64,000 nucleotides of DNA from Eledone cirrhosa (taxonomy: Eukaryota). The position numbers were made by a program, and so were the translations under genes. Location of the stretch: assembly GCA_964016885.1 (NCBI GenBank), contig OZ024740.1, positions 54,870,001 to 54,934,000 on the forward strand, given 5' to 3'. Each line of letters starts with the position of its first letter. Position 1 is the first letter of the stretch. Shown in pieces: positions 1 through 15,845 of this stretch. The notes below the pieces were generated by a model. It made no database searches, was not told where the DNA came from, and worked only from the letters and a program-made list of their open reading frames with translations.

Positions 1-661
1 ACTTACATTTTTCTCTCTCTCTTTTTTTTTTTTCAATTATCTTTTGTTCGTTATTCTGACATAAAGCATGGTTCTCATTATTCCAAACTTGTCAGAAATT
101 CTTCGTTGGTGAGTTGGTCGTGTGGTTAGAGTAGAGCACAAGATGTGATGATATAATTGATCCTGCTCTCTGCACTTCGTTTTAAGTTACACCTCTCTCA
201 ACAATGCTTTCATACTTTCAGGAGTCTATAAAAGAATGTGACGGAGTCGAAGATAATAGAGCTTAGGAAAAGATGCATGATTTATTTGTAGCCACAGTTT
301 GCGGTTCAAATCTCGGTCTATTTACGTGGTAGATTTTATTCGTAGCCCGGATTAGTAGTACCAACAGCCTTTTGGTGCCTGTAACGGAGTAAATTCTTTT
401 GCATGCCTTCGAGGTAATTCATTTGCGTGAGGGTAGATCATACACGTCCCACCTGTCAAGGACTTATTGCCCATTTGAAACTTATCAAACAGTAATAAAT
501 ATATATTAATTGAATACAATAATCAATAATGAATCATAAGTTCTCTCTTCAAAGGTAGGGCCATGGCTGTTGCAATAATTGTTGTAATTGTTTTTCATTT
601 GAAGTTAATTTATTCAATAAAATCCCGCACATGTACACACACACATACATACACACACACA

Positions 662-1330
<669 letters not shown>

Positions 1331-1661
1331 TGGATGGATGGCTATATAATGTAGAAAGTTTCTAAACTTATTTTCGTCTGCTATTCGTAAACTCACATTG
1401 TTTACTACCTACTTGACATTTCATCATCCTCATATTCTTCATTTTTTTCTCATATTCTTTCTTTTTTCTTTTTTTCCTTTCTTTTTATATATTCCTAAAT
1501 TTCACCCTCTTATCCTTCCGAGTCATTTTTATATATATTTTCTGGCGAATTATATTTTTCTCTTTCAATCACTTTCAGTTTCATATTTCTTCTCCACTTC
1601 GTTCCATACACATAGGTAAAATTTCACATCGCTCAATAACATGGTTTGAACTTTGAAAAAC

Positions 1662-1715
<54 letters not shown>

Positions 1716-1860
1716 CTTTTTTCAGGGAAATGGAAAATATATATATCTACATATGTAGATATATCCCCACCCCACTGTCAAGCGTGAACCTAATACCAAC
1801 ACTGTTCGTACTACACTCCTTGTTTTTTGTTATACATTTTTATATGTATATACATATATA

Positions 1861-2267
1861 TATATTAATAAAAGGAATTCCAACTTTGTCTGATTTACTC
1901 GTTTTATTTACAATCCTTTAAAATTTATAATGGTATTAGAATGAAATAGTATGGTAGAATATTAAATGCTAAGTGTTATTTGAACAAGTACGTTCATGCT
2001 TTCGCAACCTTCAGGTTCATATTCTGTGGTGACAGTTAAGTTTGCAATTTTCAACTGTTGAAAATTGCAACTGTTGAAAATTGCAAAATTGATTGTTACC
2101 ACAGAATATAAACCTGAAGATTGCGAAAACATGAAAGTACTTGTTCAAATAACACTTAACATTTAATATTCTACCATACTATTTCATTCTAATACCATTA
2201 TAAATGTTAAAGGGTTGTAAATAAAACGAGTAAATCAGACAAAGTTGGAATTCCTTTTATTAATATA
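1861..2267. mobile_element. Fold-back inverted repeat (~190 bp arms), Penelope-like pLTR remnant carrying a hammerhead motif in each arm
   Basis: TATTAATAAAAGGAATTCCAACTTTGTCTG... at the left is the reverse complement of ...CAGACAAAGTTGGAATTCCTTTTATTAATA at the right; both ends lie in TA-rich tracts. Confidence 0.75.
2109..2147 (+). ncRNA. Minimal type-I hammerhead ribozyme (slightly decayed; mirror copy at 1981-2019 on the minus strand)
   Basis: Two-arm consensus is TGAAC-CTGAAGA-T-TGC GAAA GCA-T-GAAA-GTAC-T-T-GTTCA: stem I TGAAC/GTTCA, GNRA-capped stem II, palindromic stem III. Each arm carries about two substitutions. Confidence 0.7.
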
Positions 2268-2519
2268 ATCTTCTATACATAATCATACACACCAGTGTAT
2301 ATTTATTTATATATCTATATATATCTATCTATATATATATAGAGAGAGGGGGAGATATAGATATGTAAATAAATATACATATATCTATATATCTCTCTAT
2401 ATATATATATAGTGAAAACTTGGACGGGAACAAAAAACGGGAACAAAAACAGAGAGGCAGTACAAATAAAAGTTTTTTAGGTTCACGCTCTTGAGAGTGA
2501 GGGGGGGGGGGGGGGTACA

Positions 2520-2729
<210 letters not shown>

Positions 2730-3981
2730 AAAATGTTCAAGACCACGACGGCAGAACTTAAGCCGTTTCGACGGCTATATATACGTGTGTATGTTTGCGT
2801 ATGTATGTATGTGTGTGTGTGTATGTAAACGTGGGTTATAACTTATGTATAAGAGTAGTTGTGTGTAAACGTTTAATAACATCTGTCATCCGCCACAAAA
2901 AGTTGTGACTTTCTTACCTAAGTTGCAAACCATTATTTATCATTACGTTTATCATTACTCTCTTGGGGTATATAAAGTATATATTGTTATTAACATTTAA
3001 ATGCGTCGAGTTAATAAAATTATCAGAGCCCAACAATCGTTCTATTTGTTTTGGTCCTTTGTGTTCTTAGTTGAACATAAATTATTGTCATGTTTGCCAT
3101 TCATTCCTTCGAGGACGGTGAAATAATCTACCAGTTTACAGCGGCCTATTGATGGTATTGTTAAAAAATTCTTCATATTGTTGTTTTTAATTGTTGGACG
3201 ATAGACTTAATCTGTTGCCTATTTATAGGTTACCAACTCCTAATCTTAGCGTGCCTTAGTGCAAATCTCCCTCTTCTAAAGACTTACACCTCTCTCCAGT
3301 TTAATGATTACTTTTGCCCACCTTCCTATTAATCATGAAGACCCTGAAAAAAAAATAACGGAACATGTGGACTGGTCTTTCCTCCCTAACTAAATGACAT
3401 AAATGTAGAAAGTAACAAACAAACAAGAATATATTATACACTAATATTCCTACTAAAGCCAAATTTGTTTAGTCTTTGTTCACGTCATAGAAATCGTACT
3501 TTTTTTTCCGCCTCCTTTTATTCTGTTTAACTTTAATGTCTAACAGTTTTGTCAGTCGGCTGCTCGGTTGGGTGTTCACGCGTTTGCGTGCTCGGGTATT
3601 TTTGTCACATAAAATAGATGAATATATATACAAGGAATTTTCTGTCAATTTGTATGTTCTGATTTTCTTTTTTTTTTTCGTATTTTTTCTTTCCATTGTT
3701 ATTAATCGTTTTCCCCTATTCCCCTCCTTTTCGTTTGAATATATTTCATTCGTATACCGAATATCATCCTCTTTGTTGCATCTATTTTAATTTCTGTTTT
3801 ATATTTATTTATCTTCTATTTGATATTAATTCACTTTTAAGCCTGTATATCAGTATAACCACTATCCATAACAGGAATTAGGCGGTTTTTTCTTTTATTT
3901 CCATCAGTTATTTATTCCTTCTATTCTTCTCTTCGTTCCTATCAATTATCAATTAAATTAAAATGACAGTCAGGGTGACCT

Positions 3982-4497
<516 letters not shown>

Positions 4498-5074
4498 TGG
4501 CGGATTGGGAAGGCAGAAGAATTTCTATATTTCTATAAACTATATAATTTCCTACTTAAACAACCCACGAAAATTTCGAAATAAATTTACAAACGACAAA
4601 CAAAAACAACAATATGACTATAAATACAAAATACAAATTCAAAACAACAACTATTACATATGCTTGTTGGTTGACACACGTTATGGATGATAATAATAAC
4701 AAAATAATAACAAAAATAACATAGTGTTATAGAACGTCTAAGTTGATGTCATACCTGCTGAAGTCGTAATTATTGTTGCTTGTACTTGGCTGCATGTCTG
4801 ACAGCTTCTTTCAACAGATTATTCAATTTTAACGGTTGTCGCTATAGTAATTACAACATACTACACTGTCTATATATACAAACAAAGTTGAACTGAAGGC
4901 GAAGGAGAGAGAGAGAGAGAAATTGATAGAGTGACAGACGGACAGACAGACAAGGGAGGGACAGCATGTGTGTGTGTGTGTGTGTATGTTTTCTGTATAC
5001 AAACATCATCGAACTGAAAAACATAGAGAGTAAGAGAAAGACTGATGGTAGGATATAAAGGGGGGGGGAGACAA

Positions 5075-5129
<55 letters not shown>

Positions 5130-6379
5130 TATATAGAGAGAGAGAGAGTGAGAGAGAGTCAGAGATTGGAAGAGAGAGATTAATTGTGTGTGTGTTTGGA
5201 TGTGTGTGTTGTGAGTGTATGGTATGTTATACAAACAAGAGTAGAGCGGGACAGAGAGAAACAGACAAAAGAGTTAAAGTAAAAGAGAGAAAGTGAGAGG
5301 GAGAAAGAGAGAGAGAAAGAGTGGGTGTGTGTGAGAGAGCGCGCACGACTGTGTGTGTGTGTGTGTGGTCTGTATACAAACAAACTAAAAGCCCAAAAGA
5401 CAGACATAAAGATAGAAACATAGAGATGTATAGAGGGAGAGTGAGAGGAGTGAGATTGACTGACAAAGAGAAGCGGAGAGATTGGAGGTGAAAGAAAGTA
5501 TTGAAACATTTGTGAATGAGCGAGTGTGTATGTATAGATGTGGTCTATATAGAAATTATAACACTTAGAAGTGAAGATATATGTGTGTGTTTATATGTGT
5601 GTGTTTATATGTGTGTTAGCTGTAAGCATTTTTTTCTACTTTCTGATATTCTGACTGAAAGCCGCACCCACATCATATACTGGCAATAATACATACACAT
5701 GCATACAGACACAGACACACACACACACACACACCAGACGTGCTCCATTGCTCTCGTTTTCTTTCTCATTTTAAACACATATGTAAACGCATCCACACAT
5801 CTTCCTCTATCATACGCATCCATACACACAATCACACATACATAAATACATGGACATTCATAGATACACACATATACGGGAATACATACACATACACACA
5901 GCGGCATTTCCTTTATTTTGTTATATTATTAGCCCCTTGCGTACGCGTGCTAAAACACAAACACACACACACGTACACTAACACACGTCTTTTCTCCTCT
6001 CACTGTTACTCTCACTGATATACTTTTCCCTCTGATTCCTCATAAGCTGACTTCTTCCATCCTCACTCTCTCTTAATCGTATACTATTTCCCTTACATAT
6101 ATGTATGTAATAACATAGACAAGTATACTTGTTCTATAATCTCTCGTTATTTCACCTTCTTCCTTTCCTAAATATCGTCTTTGACAAACTGCTCAGTTGC
6201 TCGCATGTGTGTGTGCTGAATTCTGGGTCTTTCCGCTGGGAACAACCCCTTGCCCCCCCCCTTTTTTGTGTACATCCATCCATTCACTCATTCATTTACT
6301 GCCATTCTACCTTCCTGTGTCTCCCCCTCCATGCAGCCCCTTTTCGCTCTCGTTTTCTGGCACCTCCATATATATAGGT

Positions 6380-9300
6380 GAGCTATGCTGCCCTCTTACC
6401 ACCACTTTCCTTCCAACCACACGCACCAGCCACCCACCCCTGATGGCGCTCGGTGCCCCAGTCCCCCCCCCCTCCAAATCGACACCTGCAGCACTTGCGG
6501 CACTACTAACAAAAGGAAGAGGGGCCGGAACTGTTTGGGTGCGGCTGCTTCCACCACCTCACCTGCGTTGGCTTGACTCGTCGAGCTTCCAATGCCCTCG
6601 CAGCGTGGAGGTGCAGAAGCTGCCTCTTCCCCACGTCTTCCCAGTCACGCCTGTCTGGCACACCACCAGATGGGACAGCGAGCTTGCCTGACGCCCGAGC
6701 CTCGCTGGTCGACATCGCTCGGCTCAGGCGGCTCCGGAAGATCCCACTCAGGTTCCCGAGAGCGGCACGAGTGCCGGTGGCCGATGCCCTCGCTTCCTCG
6801 ATTGAGAGCGCCCTGGAATCCAATCGAGCCAGTGACTGGGAGCGGCTGTTCTATTTCGCCCCACTCGCCCTCGGCCTCCCCAGCTCTGGCACTGACCGGG
6901 GCGGCCGGTCAGCAGCAGCCTTCGTCAAGGTCAATGTCTCGTCATTTGGGCGAGCGCCCATTCCAAGCGTGCCCAGGGACGGCACACACCCCACCCTCAG
7001 GTACCCCCTATCTTCCACTCCAAGCGTTTGCGTGACCAGGTAAACGCAAAGCTTATCATGGGTGATGTCTCGGCTGCAGTCAGAGTTGTTGCCTCAGAGG
7101 ACACTGTCCTCCAACCCACCGAAGAGATCCTGGCTGCTCTGCGGCTCAAACATCCTGAGCCACCCACTGATCTCAGACCCATACCCCCACCCGACCCCCA
7201 CCTGCTCCTTGTGGCTACTGATGCAGATATTATGTCCGCCATCAGGTCCTTCCCAGCTAGCAGCTGCGGAGGTGTTGATGGTCTCCGACCAGGCCACCTC
7301 AAGGAGTTGACATCCCCCCTCTCTGCTGAGGCCGGGCGCCGCTTTCTGAGTGCAATTGTGGCGCTCACCAATAGGCTCATTCATGGTGCCCTCGACCCTT
7401 ACGCCCGAGACCTGTTTTTTTCGGCCAGCTTCACCGCTCTCAGGAAGAAAGAGGGTGGCATACGCCCCATTGCTGTGGGCAATGTCTTCCGAAGGCTGGC
7501 AGCCAAGGTGATCTGCAAGTCCGTCACACATGAACTGAGTGTGGAGTTTAGTTCGGTGTAACTGGGTGTCGGCGTATCCGGTGGCTGTGAGGGAGCCTCT
7601 CATGCAATCAGGCAGTTCTTCAGCAGCTGCCCATAAGTACCGGAATCCAGGGACTCCAGGCACCTCATTGTCAAGCTTGACATGATGAATGCATTTAACT
7701 CTTTACGCCAGGATCATCTGCTCGAGGCCTGCCTCAGCCGAGCCCCCTCTGCTTACCCGCTGGCCTACCAGTCATATGGAGCCACGAGCATGCTCCTAGC
7801 TGCTGATACGGTCATACCCTCGGCTACTGGGGTCCAACAGGGCGACCCGTTGGGAGCCCTCCTGTTCGCCCTTGGTATTGACCACATCGCCCGGAGTATC
7901 ACGGCCCCTCTCAACGTTTGGTATCTCGATGACACTACGTTGGGCGGGCCCGTACAGACGGTCTGCCAAGACCTTCAATCGGTGATTCCTGCCCTGAGGG
8001 GGGATTGGCCTCCAGGTCAACTCGGCCATGTCGGAGGTGGTGAACGTCAGCCTCGATGCTGTGTCCTTTGCAGCCTCCGTCTTGGACGTGCGGTCCATTC
8101 TCCGCCAGGTTCAGGTGACCCCCAAAGAGGATGTCCTCATCCTCGGGTCAACGATCCACCCGCCGGCCATCCGCTCCACCATCAGGTCCAGGCTTCAACA
8201 GCTCCAGACTCTCACGAGCCGACTGGGCTTGATTGACGGCCACCCAGCTCTCTTTCTGCTGAGGAACTGCTTCGCCATGCCGAAGCTCCTCTATACACTC
8301 CGCAGCACTCCATGCTACACCCAGACATCTCTCCTCGCTGACCTCGATACTTGTATCCGAGCAGCAGCCGAGGGGATATGCAACGTCAAGTTTGACGACA
8401 TAGGGTGGCAACAGGACACTTTACCGGTCAGGTATGGCAGCCTAGGCCTCCGGTCCCCGATCTCACTAGCTTTGCCGACGTATCTTTCGTCGGTAACCTC
8501 GTGCCGCGTCCTCGTCAGCAGGGTTTTTCAAAACACAACAGAACCCTCTGTGTTCAGAGAACGTGAGGCCGCCTGTGAGACGTGGGACCGTCTGGGACTT
8601 AGCCCAGTAGACGTCCCTACTCCTTCTCCCCCTGTTGACGTGAAGTCCCCCCAACGCACTTGAGATGCCATCCTGTACAGACTGGCCTCATACAGGCTCA
8701 CGCGCCAGCTCGACCAGCACCGCCTTTCTTGTTTTCGTGCGGCCTCCAAACCCCACAGTGGTGCCTGGCTCCATGCTCTGCTCTCCTTCTCCACTGGCAC
8801 GCAGCTAGACAACCATAGCCTGCGAATCGGCGTTTCCCTGAGGCTCGGCCTCCGGATCTGCCAGCCACACCAATGTCGCTGCGGTTCCACCTTGGACTCT
8901 TTCGGCCTCCAGCCGCTTTCCTGTCGCCAGAGTGCCGGCCGCATTCCACGCCATACTGCCCTCAACGAGGTCATTAAGCATGGCTTGGACGCTGCAGGCT
9001 TCCCTTCTCAGCATGAGCCGGTGGGGCTGGATCGAGGGGACGGCAAAAGGTCAGATGGCATGACCATCTTCCCGTTCCGCGGTGGCAAACCCCTGGTCTG
9101 GGATGCCACTTGCACCGACAATTTCTGCAGCCGCAACCTGGTGCAGTCTGCGACTGACCCAGGTTCTGCTGCACGTCGGGCTGAGGGGGCCAAACTCCTC
9201 AAATACCGGTCGCTCTCCGACAGGTTTGCGGTCGTTCCCCTGGTAGTGGAAACTTCTGGTGTCCTCGGCCCCAGGGCTACCTCCTTACTCAGCACCATAC

Positions 9301-9465
9301 GCGCTGAGCTGGCCAGCCATAGGTGTCAGCTCCGCGATTGGAGTGGCTTTTCCAGCGCGTCTCCCTTGCCATCCTCCGGAGAAACGCCTTCACCATTCTG
9401 TCTGCCGGGGCTGTGGGTGGGCCCCATCGCGTACCATTACATTAGTTAAATACCATTCTTTCATA
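6380..9465 (+). mobile_element. CRE-clade-like non-LTR retrotransposon, near full length, inactivated
   Basis: GC-rich island. The pieced ORF has RT motifs (KKEGGIRPIAVG, KLDMMNAFN, GVQQGDPLG, WYLDD), SGAWL, a CxC..LSC knuckle, RH, a KRSDG..WDAT..KY..VET RLE domain and a QRVSLAILRRNA C-terminus; no APE domain. Confidence 0.88.
6573..9445 (+). pseudogene. RT-RLE polyprotein of the CRE-like element (pseudogenised)
   Basis: Frameshift ~7020, TAA at 7559-7561 (in SV*LGVG), frameshift in the G-run ~8000, TGA at 8661-8663 (in QRT*D), frameshift ~9330. Confidence 0.85.
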
Positions 9466-9647
9466 TCATGTATATATATAATTAGTTCATTGTTTTACGA
9501 ATGTTTCAGATAGTTGATTGATAATGGGAAATCGATAAATTGACTAGCAGGTATTGGTTATGTCCCTACATAATTTTAGCCTCGAAATACCAGAACTATC
9601 GCATCATCTTAACGTTATCGGCTCTACCATAAACAAGTGTAAATCAG

Positions 9648-9974
<327 letters not shown>

Positions 9975-10004
9975 CTGTGTGTATATATATATATGTGTGT
10001 GTGT

Positions 10005-10140
10005 GTGCAAAAGACAAATAGAAATAACAAAGCAAACGACACAGTACAGTTAGGAAATGTATTATTAGTTTTACGCTTGATATATAGCAGGAAAAGAATC
10101 ATAACGCATCGGTAGTTAGTCCTTCATCAGAAAATAGAAC
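10005..10140 (-). mobile_element. Penelope-like tail fragment with decayed hammerhead-like core
   Basis: Minus strand reads CTGATGA-AGG ACTAACTA CC-GATG-CGTT (GAAA decayed). The adjacent tail recurs at ~53363-53457. Confidence 0.4.
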
Positions 10141-10814
10141 AACAATATTAAAGAAGAAATATAAAGATATAGGAGATTGGGCAGTGGCAGAAACGAAAAA
10201 AAATAATGCTCTATAAAAAACAGATCTATTCACGTCACCATCTCTTAGATAGAGAGGCGGTATTACATATTCAATACTATTATATTCCATTACATCATCG
10301 CGTTATGTACATTTTGAAGGTACCAAAAGGTCGTTATTCAACAACTACTCCATACGTTTTCGTTGAAGACGTGTTTACATCTCAATGTTCGTTGAAGACA
10401 TGTTTACATCTCAATGTTCGGGAAGCATAAAAGATAATTATTTATTAGTAGCATAGATTAAAAGCTTAAGCGAACAATTCCTGCTCTCGCCATTATGCAG
10501 AATCTTCTGAAACTGAGATATATGAATTTTTGGATGTAGATATTTCGAAAACATTCGAGGAAATATTACCTTAAAAAATCGAAAGACATAACGTAACACA
10601 AAAAACGTTACCTTGAGTTTCAGTTATTTCAATGCGAAGGTAATATGTGATATAATTACGTCATTTAGCGAAGCGAGAAGAACAAATTCATCATGTGAAA
10701 ACATTAGGAAGCTTAATTACCTTCTAAATTAGCCAAATATTTTCTTGCTACCACGTATGGAATATTTCTTAATCAAAGAAACCTAAATATACTGATGGTA
10801 TTAATAATAATCAG

Positions 10815-11135
10815 AATTGGTGGGAGAATCAACCACCTCCCGTACTTGAAACAGATCACATTTCAATTTTGTGAACATTAGAACTTTAGCGTCCAGACAG
10901 ACCGAAAAAGAGGCAAAAATTGACCTGATATAATACTGAAAGTCTTTAGACAGAGGGTATGCCTGCTAACTGACACGACCGTTCCTATAGACAAGAATGT
11001 ATCTATAAAAACATTAAACAAATTGAGCAAATATAAAGACCTGGAAATAGAGATTGGAAAAATGTGGAAGTTGAGAGCTAAAACAATACCATTGGTTTTA
11101 GGCGCTCTAGGAGTGATATCTAAGGGGTCTAATGG
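10815..11135 (+). mobile_element. R4/Dong-like non-LTR fragment (RLE domain)
   Basis: Translates to PDIILKVFRQRVCLLTDTTVPIDKNVSIKTLNKLSKYKDLEIEIGKMWKLRAKTIPLVLGALGVI. Confidence 0.82.
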
Positions 11136-11279
11136 GCACTACCCATACACTAAGGAAAATTCTGTCGATATAAGTATATCGCAAATGTAAACACCTAAAT
11201 ATACAGGTGTGTGTGTATGTGTGTGTGTGTTTCTTGAACATGGCGGACATTGTCTCTTGAGGTCACATTTATTGACCAC

Positions 11280-12047
11280 AAATAATGGTGATAGTGATGG
11301 AAATACTGTGAAGGCAATAAACGCCAGAGCTGTTTAATTAAGTGTGGGCCAGGTATAGTTAAATGGACAAAAGTAGAGTTTAAGGAAAGTGATCGGAAAA
11401 CAAGGAAAAGGCTCACTATCATTCGAAGTATGTACACACAAGGTTGTATTCGAAAATAAGTGATTGAGGTAGGGGTTTTCTGAGCATACAGGACGGTGTC
11501 AAAATAGAAGAAAGTCGGATGGGTTTCTACATATAAATTAAGCAAAAAAAGCCTATATTGGAGGTTGTCAGGGGTGGCATATTTGAGAAGGATTGAGACT
11601 CAGAAACAAAAAGACTGAGATTGCGGAAGAGCATAAAAAGCATTTAATGAAAGGTCCCTGTATTCAGCATTCCTTAAAGAAACATGAAACGTGTGTGATA
11701 ACAAAATACGTGGTTATGGTTACGGAAAGGCTACATTAAGAAAGAAATGGAAGGATTCATATTATCAGCACAAGATCAAGCCGTATTTTTCCTGGAATGT
11801 AATGAAAATTATAAACAAGAAATAAAAAAAAAGCTGAATGTAAAATTGTTTTGGGGAAAGCAGAGACAGTTGCTCATATACATTCAGTGTTAGCCCAGAA
11901 GGATTATAAAAAAGAAGACATGATAGGGTGGCTACCATGCTTGTGTAAAAAGAATGGACTTCCATGTGCAGAAAATGTGTGCAGAAAAAAAGTGTCACAA
12001 ATGAGATGAGAATGTTGGAGAACGGTAAGGTAAAGATCTTATGGGAC
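11280..12047 (+). mobile_element. R4/Dong-like non-LTR fragment (linker, knuckle, start of RLE), heavily decayed
   Basis: WLWLRKGYIKKEMEGFILSAQDQA and LENGKVKILWD motifs. Confidence 0.75.
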
Positions 12048-14640
12048 CTTCCAGTTCCCGATTCATGAAGGATGCCCTACAACACCTCCAGCTTCCCCAG
12101 TAATACAGAAGGGCCAAGAGAGAGTATCTTTCACAGATCAAGAGCGTGATTTGGAACATTTCCGGTAGGTGGCCATTTAATTTGACCGCCGAGCAGATGC
12201 CGATGTACATTGCAGCGATTCAGCTTCTAACGGGACCGAAGGCAGTTGCCTTGAGGACAGCGTCCATGTTTCGATGATCGGACCCATGGAAAGCTTTCGA
12301 TTGATCAAAATTGATTAGAATCCCACCGAAGCAGGTTACTCCCTAACCTCTCTATGATGTATTGCATGAGGTGGATGTTGTCGTGTATGTACCTGTTTGG
12401 AATTGCACACGTCTTTGCCTCCCCTACAAGGCTCTCGACAACAACGGCCAACCTAGCACCTTTGATGGAAATTATCAATATTCTAATCTTTCATCTTCAG
12501 CATTAATACGCCCCTACTCACAAAACTAAGAATTCTCCTGCCGCTGTAGTAGACAGCTTCGAGGAGATCGGTGACCAAGCTTGGCATATCTACGCTAAAC
12601 TCATAGGGTTGACCATCCTCCTGGATCTCGGCTGAGTTTCTGCTTTTTGTAGCACTCCGCATCAGTTGGCATGTGTCACAACAGACAGTCGGGGCAGGAA
12701 ATGAAGTCCACCAACTTCTTCGACCCCACTATCTGCGTGAACAGTTGTGCAAATTGCAAGCGAAATGCAGCACAACTTGGAATAAATCAGCACACGCCCG
12801 TCTCGACTCATCAAAGTTCGAATTGTGGTTTGCTTATCATGCTCCGCCTCTACCACCCGAGCCCATTGAACTATTTTCGTTCTCTCGTTTCTTTGAGCAC
12901 GCGCCTTAACTCTGACGCTGCAACATTCGTGTTTCACATTGAATATATGGTCTAGTGTTATTCTCCCAGCTAGCACGTCGGTTACAATGCCACTCCTCAT
13001 CACTTCTTCTAATTTATCTTCTTATCCTATTTTTCGCATCGCTAATTCTTAGCTAAATGCTATCGATTCTATTCTAATCTTCCTCTTGAGAGCATCTCAC
13101 CATCTATTGTTGACGTTTTCTTAAATAAATGGCTAATCCTATCGGTGTTGGCTTTACGTGCAGTGGACAACACGTTAAACTTTAAAAAATATGCATTTTA
13201 CGAATTTGTGGTCTGAATAGGTGCCGTTTTAAATTGCGGACGCCCTATATTATCCCTATCTGCTAACCTAATGAGAAACCTATGTATATACGATCTAGAT
13301 AACCCGATGCAATTGGTTCATGTCTCCACCGACGCATTCACGAAATATATTCGATACTTATCACACATTTGGAACTGGGCCGTTTTTGCACGCTCCACCC
13401 TGTATGTATCGGCTACTTCCACACAATCCCAGTTTGAGTCCAATATGCCGTCTTCCAGTCCCCCGCTAAGAATAACGTGTGAGACGTTCCTAGAAAAGCT
13501 TCCAGACGCCTGAAGAAATCAGGCGACGAATGTTTAAATATCCCACTCTTAAAATAGACACGTTGACTGGTGAGTTAAGAGGATAAAATAGGGTAAGATA
13601 CAAACACACCGAGTGGTTCGAACTCCATATTTGGTTGGGTTTCCTACCCCTGTAAATGCCTAATGGTTGCTCTTATACTGTTAGTTTCTACGCCAAATGG
13701 GTAGGTTTCTCTAATGATCATAAATGTCGCTGGTGCCACTCGCACCATCAGCAGTGTCTCTGGCACTTCGAGATTGCTGTTGTCAAAGATACCCTCTCCC
13801 CCTCTCTATCTATCTATCTCTCTCCCTCTCTCTCACACACACATACCCACACTCTCTTTCTCTCTCTCTCTCTCTCGTTGTTGTTGATTTTGAGTGTCCA
13901 TGTGTTTTCTTTTAGTTGAGATTGGTAGTGATTGTGGTAGCGTTGATGTTGGTGTAATGCTCTTTCTGTTGCCAGTTGGGCTGTTGCAGGATGTGATGTT
14001 TTCTGCAGATATTTGTATTTTGTCTTTTATGAAGTGGGTGTTGGTGTTTGGTAGGGAGTGATGTTTGACTTATTTGTGTGTGTCATTTTTTTTTTTCAGT
14101 TTTGTGGATTCGTGTATTTCCTCTTCTCATTCCTAGGGAGCAGAAGAGTTGCATATGACTTGTAATGGTGGGAGTGAGATAGTTTTATGAGTTTGTGTGT
14201 CTGTGCTTAGAGCGGGTAAAGAGAGAGGAGGAGAGAGAAGGAGAGAGAGAGAAAGAGAGCTCTCTCTACAGACGCCATGGATGGTTTTGTTAGAGTCTGT
14301 TGTTGGTAGTGCTGGTAGTTCAGTTGCTGCTGTTGGTGGTGTTGCTGATGTTGTTGCTGCCGCTGCTGTTTTTGGTTTTCTTTGTTGAAGCTGATGTTAC
14401 TGCCGGGCTTGGTGTTGCTGTTGTGTTCGTTGTTGCTTATGTAATTGGTACTGTTTTGTGGTAGCTGGTGTTGGCAGTAAGGGGCCTTGTGGTTCTCTGA
14501 CATGGGTTGAGTGCAGAAAGTTCTCAAGTCAACACTTTACCCAGGGGTAGAATACATACTGCTCGCTCCGACAGGGAACCAACAATTAGTTCACTTTTAT
14601 AGAGCACTGAAATACCCACAAACTACCTTGAACTCGCCAT
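12048..14640 (-). mobile_element. L1/Tx1-like non-LTR retrotransposon, decayed, 3' part missing
   Basis: 12050-13530 aligns by eye with 37340-38880 (RT start, linker KHE(C/G)CxVR, APE end); Q/N/T-rich ORF1 remnant starting near 14500. Confidence 0.75.
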
Positions 14641-14749
14641 GTGTTGCACGTAGGGCATTATTTCTTTCAGTGCTCTTTCGACTTCTACCTGATTTGATTG
14701 ACGTAGCCGTTTCGTAAATGCCGATTTTATATAATCTTCTACACCCTGT

Positions 14750-15845
14750 GAAGGAGAAGCACACAAACATTATGGGCTCACTTTTCTGTGGAAAATATAT
14801 GGACCCAATTAAGGGTTTGTAAAAAAATTGTTATGCAAACAAGTGAAAATCAACAAAACTCATGGAGCAAATTATAAGTGATGAGAACTTGAGATACCAA
14901 CTAATGATAATGAGGATGGTTGTCTTTATTAGCCATACAGGACTTACCTGTAAAAGAATAATGAAGAAGATGCAGTGTGGAGATTTTGTATGAAAGAAAG
15001 TTTTATAACAAATATGTAAAAACATATACACTTAAAAAATCAAACATAATAAATGTCCCGAGAATGAGAAGACGTCCGAGTGTCATAAAAAGCCACACCG
15101 TGCACTACATCCCATATGTGGTGTCGACAGAATTTATCTTACCAGATCCTGAGGTGAAAGGTGTTCGATAAGCTGCGAAAAACTCTATAATAAATTTTGA
15201 ATAACCTGTGATAGGAGACAAACAAAGTGGCTTTTTACTCATTGAAATGAATGATTTACAAAAGAAAAAGAATTACAGTGGGATAGCGAAGAAGTGGTCA
15301 TATACATTGAAGCATTGTCTGTATAGAAGACATGTAGAAAATGAAGTAGATGCAGTCGCTTATCTCAATGGAATGGATGCAACAAAGGAACCTAAAGATC
15401 GAGAACGGAGCCCTAATATATGCAATCCACCAGAGCTAATTCTGTGAAATATAACAACGACAGAAACCCAGGTCACTAGTAGAATGGAAAAAAACTGTGT
15501 TAGGCACATTTTAAATGAATACTGTAAACTAGCACAGAATAAATGTAAACTGAGGTTTGTTAACATTACCAGGATCGTACATCGAGCAGACCACATTAGT
15601 GGTACGAATTGCATCCTGAACCACTGGTAGCATCAGATACGATGAAACTATTTTAGGACTTCAACGTTCAATGTGATCACGAATCAAGTGAGATACGATC
15701 TGTCATTGTTATTGTTAAAAATAAGAAGAGACTATGCTGGATATTTGCCCGTAGCTTCAAAAGGGAATAATAGGGGATGTGAAAAGGAAAAGATTGAGCG
15801 GTACCAAAAGTTGAAAAGAGAAGCATGAAAATTACAAGAAAAACA
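14750..15845 (+). mobile_element. R4/Dong-like non-LTR fragment, heavily decayed
   Basis: HRALHPICGVDRIYLTRS, VRHILNEYCKLAQNK and EKEKIERYQKLKRE motifs. Confidence 0.68.

Noticed and set aside
1861-2267. Long palindromes as MITEs or pre-miRNAs
   Set aside because: In the families with several copies the arms are of unequal extent with variable centres, single-arm copies exist, and HHR motifs are embedded. This fits retro-derived fold-backs better, although a TA TSD cannot be excluded inside (TA)n.
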